From Candidatus Eiseniibacteriota bacterium (GTDB lineage Bacteria; Eisenbacteria; RBG-16-71-46; JABDJR01), in NCBI GenBank assembly GCA_963783375.1, contig CAWANH010000029.1:192001-256000 (forward strand): a stretch of 64,000 nucleotides of DNA, written 5' to 3'. Positions 28,818 through 37,334 of the stretch are shown here, in pieces. The notes below the pieces were generated by a model, which did no database searches, was not told the DNA's origin, and worked only from the letters and a program-made list of their open reading frames with translations. Position 1 is the stretch's first letter, and each line of letters opens with the position of its first letter. The translations under genes were made by a program, and so were the position numbers.

Positions 28818-29983
28818 TCCAGGGTCGCCCGGCTCGTCCCGCCGGCCCGGTCGGGCTCTACGTACACGTTCCCTTCTGCCACGCCATCTGCTCCTACTGC
28901 GCCTTCGCCAAGGGGGAGTACGACGCCGGACGGGCCGATGCCTGGCTCGACGGCCTCGAACGCGAGATCGGGGTTCGGTCCCGCGGAGGCTGGGGGCGCC
29001 CGGAGGTGGACACCGTGTTCCTCGGCGGAGGGACGCCCTCGTCCCTGGGCCCGGCACAGTGGGACCGGCTGGGGACGCTGCTCGCGGGCGGCTTCGAGAT
29101 CCGCCCCGGGGCGGAGTTCACCAGCGAGGCCAACCCCGAGAGTTTCACTCCGGAGATCGCCCGGGCCATGGCCGTGGCCGGGGTGAACCGGGTGAGCCTG
29201 GGGGCTCAGAGCACCGACCCGGAGGAGCTTCGGTTGCTGGGCCGCATCCACGGGTCCGAAGCGCCCGCCCGTGCGGTCCGGATCGCTCGCGAAGCCGGAT
29301 TCGAAAACCTGAACCTGGACCTCATGTACGCCCTTCCCGGCCAGGATGAGGAGACCTTCCGGCGGAGCCTCGGCGCGGTGCTGGACCTGGAGCCGGAGCA
29401 CCTGTCCGCGTACTGCCTGGGGCTCGAGCCGGGGACCGTCCTGGCCGAACGGGTGGCCTCCGGGGCCCTGCCCGCCCCCGAGGACGACCTGGCCCGCCGC
29501 CACTACGATCACCTGGTGGCGGCCTGCGAGGCGCGGGGCTATCCGCTCTACGAGATCTCGAACTTCGCCCGCCCCGGCCGGACCTGCCGACACAACCTGC
29601 GCTACTGGGAGCGCCGCGACTTCCTGGCCCTGGGGCCTTCGGCCCACGGGCTCCTTGACGGCCGCCGCTGGGCCAACCCCGCCACCCTGGAGGGCTGGCT
29701 CGCCGCCTACGCTCCCGGGGGACGGGCCCCGGTCCCGAAGCCGGTGCCCGTGGCCGAGGCCCGGTTCGAGTGGGTGTTCCTGCGACTTCGCCTGCGGGAG
29801 GGGTTCGCCGAAGCCGACTTCGCCGCCGCCTGGGGGGAGCCGGTGGAGGCGGTCTACGGGGAAATCCTGGCCCGGCTCACCGGGGGGGGGCTCCTGGAGC
29901 GGGCCGGGGGACGCGTGCGTCTCGGGGCCGATGCCCGTTTCGTCAGCGATGCGGTCATGGCCGAGTTCGCTCCGGAGCCGTGA
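28814..29983 (+). CDS. hemW: Radical SAM heme chaperone HemW
   Basis: LYVHVPFCHAICSYCAF, GGGTPS, YEISNFA, HNLRYW; start uncertain (CTG 28814 or ATG 28760). Confidence 0.88.
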   Translation: MIQGRPARPAGPVGLYVHVPFCHAICSYCAFAKGEYDAGRADAWLDGLEREIGVRSRGGWGRPEVDTVFLGGGTPSSLGPAQWDRLGTLLAGGFEIRPGAEFTSEANPESFTPEIARAMAVAGVNRVSLGAQSTDPEELRLLGRIHGSEAPARAVRIAREAGFENLNLDLMYALPGQDEETFRRSLGAVLDLEPEHLSAYCLGLEPGTVLAERVASGALPAPEDDLARRHYDHLVAACEARGYPLYEISNFARPGRTCRHNLRYWERRDFLALGPSAHGLLDGRRWANPATLEGWLAAYAPGGRAPVPKPVPVAEARFEWVFLRLRLREGFAEADFAAAWGEPVEAVYGEILARLTGGGLLERAGGRVRLGADARFVSDAVMAEFAPEP

Positions 29984-30591
29984 GCGCGCCCGCCGAGGCC
30001 TCGGAGGGGCGCACGCCGGGGGCCGTGCTCTACCGCCACCGGGGCTGGGTGCCGGTCCTTCCCCTCGCCTTCGCCCTGGCCCTGGCCCGGTTCCGGCCGG
30101 CGGGGCTCGTGGCCGGGCTCGTCCTCATGGCGGCGGGGGAGGCACTCCGGCTCTGGGCGGCGGGGCACCTCGGGCGGACCGCCCGCTCCGCCCGGGTCCG
30201 TGCGGAGAAGCTGGTGACCTGCGGTCCCTACGCTCACACCCGCCACCCCCTCTACGCCGGGAACTTCGCCCTGACGGTGGGCTACGCCACGGCTTCGGGA
30301 GCGGGGTGGCCCTGGTTTCCCCCGGCGGCGGCCCTGGCCTTCATCGCGCTCTACCGGGGCCACGCCCGCCGGGAGGAGGCGGCCCTGGGCGCGGCTCATC
30401 CCGCGGCGTTCGTCGCCTACCGCGCGGCGGTCCCCGGGGTGGGTTGGCGGATCCGGGCCGCGCGGACCCCGGAATCGGGGGAGACCGGGCGGGCCGGCCT
30501 CCGGCGCGCGGTGGGGGTGGAGGCCCTGACCTTGAACGCCGAGCTATGGCTCATCGCGGCTCTCCTCGCCCGATTCACCCTCTTCGGGTGA
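29980..30591 (+). CDS. Isoprenylcysteine carboxyl/phospholipid methyltransferase family membrane protein
   Basis: GEALRLWAAG, LVTCGPYAHTRHPLYAGN, EE..L..Y..AVP. Confidence 0.8.
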   Translation: MSAPAEASEGRTPGAVLYRHRGWVPVLPLAFALALARFRPAGLVAGLVLMAAGEALRLWAAGHLGRTARSARVRAEKLVTCGPYAHTRHPLYAGNFALTVGYATASGAGWPWFPPAAALAFIALYRGHARREEAALGAAHPAAFVAYRAAVPGVGWRIRAARTPESGETGRAGLRRAVGVEALTLNAELWLIAALLARFTLFG

Positions 30592-30803
30592 GGGCCTCCC
30601 GGTCGCAATCGTGGAAGTCCGGCCGGGGCGGGCGTTCGAGATGATCGAATCATCAATTCAGGGGTAAATCGGCTCCCCGCCGCCTTGTGCGGGGTTTCAC
30701 AAGCCGATATACTGCCTCGCTGATCCGGCGCCCGGACGCCCGCCGCAGCGGGTTCGTGAACAGGTCGGGCTAGAACCTTCAAGGTGCGAAAGAAGGGACC
30801 CGC

Positions 30804-31547
30804 ATGGGACTCGAGAAGGAAGTGCTGAGTCGAATCTTGACTACAAGACTCGATTTTGCCCTGAAGTGGGCCCGAAAGAACTCGGTCTGGCCCATGCCCA
30901 TGGGCATCTCCTGCTGCGCCATCGAGATGATGGCCGTGGCGGCGAGCCGTTACGACATGGCGCGGTTCGGTTCGGAAGTCCTCCGGTTCTCGCCGCGCCA
31001 GGCCGACCTCATGCTCACCGCGGGCACCCTGGTCCACAAGATGGCCCCGGTGGTGAAGAAGGTCTACGAGCAGATGCCCGAGCCCAAGTGGGTGATCGCC
31101 ATGGGCACCTGCCTCTGCACCGGCGGCATGTTCCATTCGTACTCCACCGTGCAGGGGCTGGACCAGGTGATCCCGGTGGACGTGTACGTGCCCGGTTGTC
31201 CGCCGCGCCCGGAAAACCTGATGTCCGCCCTCCAGCACATCCAGAACCTGATCGGTTCCGACGAGCCCCCGAACAAGGCGCGGGCCGCCCACGAGGGGCA
31301 GTGGGAGCTGAGCAAGGTTTTCTACGACAAGTTGTCCGCGGTTCGCGCGAGCCGGCCGGGTCGGGTGATGAAGAGTCCGGGCCGGAGCCTGGAACTGGCC
31401 GAGACCCTGGACGAGACCGGGAACCGGATCCCCCTGGCGAACCCCATGGGAATTCCCGAGGCCGCGGTCAAGGGCGGTTCGGTGGACCTGGCCTCGAGCC
31501 GGTTCCAGCGGCGCCAGGTGGCCGAGCTCCTGAAGAAGGGCGAGTAG
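30804..31547 (+). CDS. nuoB: NADH-quinone oxidoreductase subunit B with C-terminal extension
   Basis: [39 protein letters not shown]. Confidence 0.95.
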   Translation: MGLEKEVLSRILTTRLDFALKWARKNSVWPMPMGISCCAIEMMAVAASRYDMARFGSEVLRFSPRQADLMLTAGTLVHKMAPVVKKVYEQMPEPKWVIAMGTCLCTGGMFHSYSTVQGLDQVIPVDVYVPGCPPRPENLMSALQHIQNLIGSDEPPNKARAAHEGQWELSKVFYDKLSAVRASRPGRVMKSPGRSLELAETLDETGNRIPLANPMGIPEAAVKGGSVDLASSRFQRRQVAELLKKGE

Positions 31548-31642
31548 ACGCGAGTGCGGACCCCGCGGCGACGGAGGAGCTTCGTCCGAATCTCCTCCGG
31601 GGTGCCGGCGGCTTCGAAGGGGAAGATCGGAGGACAGGCAAG

Positions 31643-32865
31643 GTGAGCGTCACGGATTTGAGGACCGGACAGGGGCCGGGGACGGGCGGGGGCGGCCTCC
31701 GCACCAAGACCTTCACCCTCAACATGGGTCCCCAGCACCCCAGCACCCACGGGGTGCTTCGACTGGTGCTGGAGCTCGACGGGGAACAGGTGGTGCGCTG
31801 CACCCCCCACTGCGGGTATCTCCACCGGGCCATGGAGAAGCTGGCCGAGGAGAAGACCTTCCACCAGTTCGTCCCCTACACCGACCGCCTGGACTATCTC
31901 TCCCAGCTCTCCAACAACACCGCGTTCATGCTGGCGGTGGAGAAGCTCCTGGGGATCGATGCTCCCCCCGGGCCCAGTACGTGCGCACCATCGGGGTGGA
32001 GCTGGCCCGGATCGGCTCCCACCTGGTGGGACTCGGAACCTGGGCCCTGGACGTGGGGGCGATGACCGTCTTCTTCCTCATGTTCCGCGAGCGCGAGATC
32101 CTCTACAACCTATTCGAAATGCTCACCGGGGCCCGGATGATGACCTCGTACACCCGGGTGGGCGGGGTCGCCTTCGACATGACCCCGGAGATCGCTACCG
32201 CCATCCGGAACTTCCTGGCCTACATGCCGGACAAGATCGACGACTACGAGAGCCTGCTCACCACCAATCGGATCTGGGTGGACCGCACCAAGGGAATCGG
32301 CGCCCTCACCGCGAGCGAGGCCATGGACCTCTCGCTCACCGGTCCGAATCTCCGGGCCAGCGGAGTGGCCTGGGATCTCCGGAAGACCATGCCCTACATG
32401 GTCTACGACGAGCTCGATTTCGATATGGCCCTGGGCCAGAACGGCGACATCTACGATCGGTACCTGGTCCGGATCGAGGAGATGCGTCAGAGCCTCAAGA
32501 TCATCCGGCAGGCCCTGGACGGGCTTCCCGAGGGCCCCTATCAGATTCAGGATCCCAAGATCGCCCTCCCCCCCAAGGACAAGGTCTACGGGTCCATGGA
32601 GGAACTCATCCACCACTTCAAGATCACCTGCGAAGGGGTGGCCGCTCCTCCCGGCGAAGTCTATTTCGCCGCCGAGAACCCGAAGGGCGAGCTCGGTTTC
32701 TACATCGTGGGGGACGGCACCAGCCATCCCTACCGTTGCCACATCCGATCCCCTTCGTTCATCCATCTGAGGGCGCTTCCCCCGATGGTGGAGGGTCGTA
32801 TGCTCTCCGACATCGTGGCCGCCATCGGTTCCATCGACATCGTGCTGGGTGAGGTAGACCGCTAG
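31643..32865 (+). pseudogene. nuoD: NADH-quinone oxidoreductase subunit D, frameshifted in a C6 run near 31964-31969 (probably an assembly error)
   Basis: [25 protein letters not shown] in one frame; [24 protein letters not shown] in another; one added C restores APPRAQYVR. Confidence 0.9.
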
Positions 32866-32893
32866 CCGACGCGGCGGGAGGCCCGGGAGTTCC

Positions 32894-34984
32894 ATGCCAA
32901 AGGTCAAGATCGACGGACGTGAAATCGAGGTTCCCGCGGGAACCACCATCCTCCAGGCCGCGGAGCGGCTGGGGTTGGAGGTGCCGCAGATGTGCTATCA
33001 CCCGGGGCTCCGGGTGGTGGGGGTCTGCCGGGTCTGCCTGTGCCAGGTGAAGGGGATGCCCAAGATGACCCCGGCCTGCGCCACCGAGATCCGCGACGGG
33101 ATGGAGGTCGGCCTCTATACCCCCGAGGCGGAGAAGGCCCGGAAGTCGGTGATCGAGTTCTGGCTCTTGAACCATCCCCTGGACTGTCCGGTCTGCGACC
33201 AGGGCGGGGAGTGCCCGCTCCAGGACATCGCCTTCGACCACGGTCCCGGGACGAGCCGGCTCCTGGACGCCAAGGTGAAGAAGCAGAAGCGCGTGGACCT
33301 GGGGCCCCACGTGGTCCTCGACGAGGAGCGCTGCATCCTCTGCTGGCGCTGCACCCGTTTCACCCAGGAGATCTCCGGTTCCAACGGCATCATGCTCTCC
33401 GATCGCGGGGTCTACACCACGGTGGGAGCCCCGCCCGGCCAGGTTTTCGACGATCCCTTCAGCGGCAACGTGGTCGACCTCTGCCCGGTGGGAGCGCTCA
33501 CCAGCAAGGACTTCCGTTTCAAGAGCCGGATCTGGGAGATGGCTTCGACGGAGGGGATCTGCACGTCCTGCTCGGTGGGGTGCGACACCTACGTCTGGTC
33601 CAAGAAGGGGAGCGTGGAGCGTCTCACCGCCCGTCCCAATCTCCGGGTGAACGACTACTGGCTCTGCGATCGCGGGCGCTACGAGATCGATTTCGTCAAC
33701 GACGCGAACCGGCTGACCCTCCCGCGGGTGCGGGTGGGCGAGAAGCTGGTGGACGTGGAATGGCCCGAGGCGATCCGGGCGCTGGCCGACGGGCTCCGGA
33801 CCGTGGCCTCGCGGGGGCAGAACCAGGCGGGGGCGCTCTTCACCCGCCACCTGGCCAACGAGGAGTACTGGGCCTTCCAGAAGTTCGTGCGGACCGCGCT
33901 CGGAAGCAACCACCTGGCCGCGGGGCGGCAGGAGGTGATGACCGCGGCCCGGGCGGATCTCGGCCGTCGGGGCCGTCTCCTGGAATCGGCCACCCGGCTG
34001 GAGGAGATGGACGCGGTTCTGGTCCTGGGAGGGAACCTCGAGCGGACCCACCCGGTGTACTCCCTCCGGATGAGGAAGGCGGTGCGCGACAAGGGCGTGA
34101 CGCTTTTCCTGGCCACCCCCGAGGCGGGCGGGCTCGACGCCGAGGCCGCCCACGCGGAGCGGGTGCCTCCCACCCGGGCCGCCATGTGGCTGGCCGAGCT
34201 GGCCCAGAACCTGGTGGACGGGAAGACCCACGGCATGGCCGGCCGCCTGGCCGGGGTGAAGAAGCTGGCGCTGGTGGTGAACGCCGGCATCCACACCGTC
34301 GAGGTGGCGGAGGGCGTCGAGTCCTTCCTGGGCGCGGGTCCCAAGAACTCGGCCTGGAAGGCGTTCCTGCTCGACGACGGGGGTAACGTGGCCGGGGCCG
34401 CGGCGCTGGGCGTGAGCCCGCACTATTTCCCGGGCCTGAAGGCGATCAGCCCCGACGCGGCCCAGGTGTTGAAGACGAAGTGGGGGGGGCGGGTCTCCGG
34501 CGAACCCGGTCTCGAGTGGCGGGGAATGCTGGAGGCGGCGGCGGAGGGCAGGATCCGGGTGCTCCTGCTGGTCAACTCGGGGCGACCGGCGAAGTGGAAG
34601 TTCTCTCCGGAAGAGCGGGCCCTCCTGGCCCGCGTTCCGTTCGTGGCCGCCTTCGACCTCTTCGCCGACGAGATCGAGGAGTTCGCTCACGTGGTGCTTC
34701 CCACCCCGTCGTTCGCGGAGATCGACGCCACCTACACCACCGCCGACGGCCTGGTCCAGCTGGCCCGGAGGAACATCGTTCCCCGGACCCCGACCAGTCT
34801 CCAGACCCTGCACCGCGTGGCCTCCGCCCTTGGGGTGAAGCTCAAGGGACCGCAGCCGATGGACGTGTTCCGCGAGCTGGCCCGGGACGTCCCGGCATAC
34901 GGCGGGCTGGACTACGGCAAGGTGGCCCGGCAGGGGGCCCGCGGAGAGTCTACGAAGAGCCCGACCATGGTGGGGGTGCGCTGA
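32894..34984 (+). CDS. nuoG: NADH-quinone oxidoreductase subunit G
   Basis: CYHP..CRVC..C (2Fe-2S), HPLDCPVCDQGGEC, CILCWRC..CPVGALT, CTSCSVGC..CDRGR. Confidence 0.92.
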   Translation: MPKVKIDGREIEVPAGTTILQAAERLGLEVPQMCYHPGLRVVGVCRVCLCQVKGMPKMTPACATEIRDGMEVGLYTPEAEKARKSVIEFWLLNHPLDCPVCDQGGECPLQDIAFDHGPGTSRLLDAKVKKQKRVDLGPHVVLDEERCILCWRCTRFTQEISGSNGIMLSDRGVYTTVGAPPGQVFDDPFSGNVVDLCPVGALTSKDFRFKSRIWEMASTEGICTSCSVGCDTYVWSKKGSVERLTARPNLRVNDYWLCDRGRYEIDFVNDANRLTLPRVRVGEKLVDVEWPEAIRALADGLRTVASRGQNQAGALFTRHLANEEYWAFQKFVRTALGSNHLAAGRQEVMTAARADLGRRGRLLESATRLEEMDAVLVLGGNLERTHPVYSLRMRKAVRDKGVTLFLATPEAGGLDAEAAHAERVPPTRAAMWLAELAQNLVDGKTHGMAGRLAGVKKLALVVNAGIHTVEVAEGVESFLGAGPKNSAWKAFLLDDGGNVAGAAALGVSPHYFPGLKAISPDAAQVLKTKWGGRVSGEPGLEWRGMLEAAAEGRIRVLLLVNSGRPAKWKFSPEERALLARVPFVAAFDLFADEIEEFAHVVLPTPSFAEIDATYTTADGLVQLARRNIVPRTPTSLQTLHRVASALGVKLKGPQPMDVFRELARDVPAYGGLDYGKVARQGARGESTKSPTMVGVR

Positions 34985-35057
34985 ACCGGCGGCGGCAGCG
35001 GGCCGCGGCCGGAGGAACCCCGAGGTCACACGGAATTTCAAGGAGCGAGGTCGAAAC

Positions 35058-35507
35058 GTGGTAGCCAACAAGGAGCGGAAGAAGACCCTGGGGGAGAAGC
35101 TCATCCTTCCCGAGCTGGTGAAGGGCTACGCGGTCACCCTGAAGACCCTGATGTCCAAGCCCTCCACCATGCAGTACCCGGAGGAGCGCTGGAAGATGGC
35201 CCGGCGTTACCGCGGCTACCCCAAGCTGGTCATGGACGAGACCGGGGAGCCCAAGTGTGTGGCCTGCGGCCTCTGCGCGGTGGTCTGTCCGCCCAACGCC
35301 ATCGAGCTCCAGGCGGGCGAGACCGACCGGGCCAAGGAGCGGTTCCCGGTGGACTTCAAGATCCACATGGGCCGCTGCATCAACTGCGGCTACTGCGAGG
35401 AGGCCTGCCCCAAGTTTGCCATCGAGATGAGCAAGATGTACGAGCTCAACACCACCTCCCTGGACGAGATGATCTATTCCAAGGAGGTCCTGCTCCAGGA
35501 CTATTGA
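35058..35507 (+). CDS. nuoI: NADH-quinone oxidoreductase subunit I
   Basis: TMQYPEE, CVACGLCAVVCP, RCINCGYCEEACP. Confidence 0.93.
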   Translation: MVANKERKKTLGEKLILPELVKGYAVTLKTLMSKPSTMQYPEERWKMARRYRGYPKLVMDETGEPKCVACGLCAVVCPPNAIELQAGETDRAKERFPVDFKIHMGRCINCGYCEEACPKFAIEMSKMYELNTTSLDEMIYSKEVLLQDY

Positions 35508-35670
35508 TTCCGGGCGGCGGGGGTGATCCCGCGGAGCGGCTGGATCGGGCGGCCTTCCCGGAGCGGGGGGCCGCCTTCGCGTGACCGGTCGGGGCTCGGG
35601 GTCGGCGGAGATACGGCGCCCCGTCGGGCCGGGGTGACCGAGGTCCGGAACGGGACACCAGGAGACCGGC

Positions 35671-36525
35671 ATGGAGGACGGAGACGGCCGAGGCGCCCGC
35701 GCCCACCGAGCCGAGGCGGCACTCCTCGCCACCACCCTGGCCTGGGGGCTCACCTTTCCCATGATCAAGGGGGCCGTCGCCGACGCCCCCCCCTTCGCGT
35801 TTCTGGCCCTCCGGTTTCCCCTCGCCCTCCCCCTCCTCTGGCTCCTCATGCGCTTCCGACGCCCAAGCCGCAAGGCGGTGGTGCCGGGGCTCGTGCTCGG
35901 CCTGGCCCTGACCGTTTCGTTCTACGCGCAAACCCTGGGGCTCACCAGCACCACCCCCACCCGGAGCGCGTTCATCACCGGGCTGAGCGTGATCCTGGTG
36001 CCGCTCCTCTACCCGGTCTTCACCCGGCGGCTCCCCGGCCGGTGGCCCGCCGCCGGGGCGGCGGTGGCCGCGGCCGGGCTCTACCTGCTGACCGACCCCG
36101 GAGGGGGAGGGATCAATCGCGGGGACTTGATCACCCTGATCTGCGCGGCGGGCTACGCGCTCTACATCATCCTCCTCGAGATCTACTCCCGGCGCCTGCC
36201 GTACCGGGACCTCCTCCTGATCCAGCTCCTGTTGGCCTCGGTGATCTTCATTCCCCCCGCGCTCATCCAGGGGGGGACCGTCCACGTCGGGCCCGGACTC
36301 GTGTGGGGACTTCTCACCACCGGACCCATCCTCGCCCTGACCCTCTACCTCCAGAACCGCTTCCAGAAGGACACCACCGCCACCCGGGCCGCGGTCATCT
36401 TCTCGGGGGAGCCGGTCTTCGCCTCGATCTTCTCCTACCTCATCTACCGGGAGACCCTGGGACCGGTGCAGTGGGGGGGCGCCGCGCTCATCCTGATCGG
36501 GATTCTGGTGGCGGAGAAGCGATAG
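35671..36525 (+). CDS. EamA/DMT-family transporter
   Basis: About 10 TM helices, WG..F, LRF, SAFITGLSVILVP, EPVFA. Confidence 0.9.
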   Translation: MEDGDGRGARAHRAEAALLATTLAWGLTFPMIKGAVADAPPFAFLALRFPLALPLLWLLMRFRRPSRKAVVPGLVLGLALTVSFYAQTLGLTSTTPTRSAFITGLSVILVPLLYPVFTRRLPGRWPAAGAAVAAAGLYLLTDPGGGGINRGDLITLICAAGYALYIILLEIYSRRLPYRDLLLIQLLLASVIFIPPALIQGGTVHVGPGLVWGLLTTGPILALTLYLQNRFQKDTTATRAAVIFSGEPVFASIFSYLIYRETLGPVQWGGAALILIGILVAEKR

Positions 36526-36545
36526 GCCGTCCGGGGCGCCGCCGG

Positions 36546-36574
36546 TTGACACGCCAATCCCCGGATCCTAGCCT
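36546..36574 (+). promoter_or_regulatory. Sigma70-type promoter for ybhB-like gene and kinase
   Basis: TTGACA-N17-TAGCCT. Confidence 0.55.
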
Positions 36575-36627
36575 CAATCGAAGGATACGCATCGATCCAT
36601 CGTCCGAAACCCGATCAGGAGTCTCCA

Positions 36628-37257
36628 ATGAAACTCTTCAGCGAAAGCGTCAAGGACGGGGAGTTCATCCCCGCCCGCTACGCCATGGGAAGAATCGACC
36701 CGAACGTCCACGCCGCTCCGTCGGAAAACGTGAGCCCCCACCTGGCCTGGGACGATCTCCCTCCGGGTACCCGGTCGTTGGCGCTCGTGGTCTGCGACGT
36801 GGACGCGCCGACCGACCGGACCGACGCCAACCAGGAGGGTAAGACCATCCACGAGGACTTCCCCCGGACCGACTTCTACCACTGGGTGATGGTCGACCTC
36901 GCCCCCGACGCCTCGCCGCTCCGCGAGGGGGAGTTCTCGAAGGGGATCACCGCCAAGGGCAAGCCGGGACCGGCCGGCCCACGGGGAACCCGGCAGGGCC
37001 TCAACGACTACACCCGGTGGTTCGAGGGCGACGCCGGCATGGAAGGGGAGTACTACGGCTACGACGGTCCCTGGCCCCCCTTCAACGACGAGCGGGTCCA
37101 CCGCTACCGGTTCACCCTCTACGCGGTCGATCTCGAAAAGGCGCCGGTGGGGGCGAACTTCACCGGGGCCGACCTGCTGAACGCGATCGCCGGGCACGTG
37201 CTCGCCGAGGCGACCCTGACCGGGATCTACGCCCTGAACCCGGAGAAGGCGCGATGA
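36628..37257 (+). CDS. YbhB/YbcL Raf kinase inhibitor-like (PEBP) protein
   Basis: NVSPHLAW, D-x-DAP, FYHWV, YDGPWPP, HRYRFTLYAVD. Confidence 0.9.
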   Translation: MKLFSESVKDGEFIPARYAMGRIDPNVHAAPSENVSPHLAWDDLPPGTRSLALVVCDVDAPTDRTDANQEGKTIHEDFPRTDFYHWVMVDLAPDASPLREGEFSKGITAKGKPGPAGPRGTRQGLNDYTRWFEGDAGMEGEYYGYDGPWPPFNDERVHRYRFTLYAVDLEKAPVGANFTGADLLNAIAGHVLAEATLTGIYALNPEKAR

Positions 37258-37334
37258 CGCCGGCGGGGCGGGCGGAGGCCGCGCCCCGGGAAGGCGATTG
37301 TTGAACCCCGGCCCGGCGACGTAAGCTCCCCGAC

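Noticed and set aside
30804-35507. Group 4 NiFe hydrogenase or formate dehydrogenase interpretation
   Set aside because: NuoD lacks Ni-binding CxxC pairs, NuoB has the tandem CC of complex I, and the NuoG C-terminal part shows no evident Mo/W ligand motif
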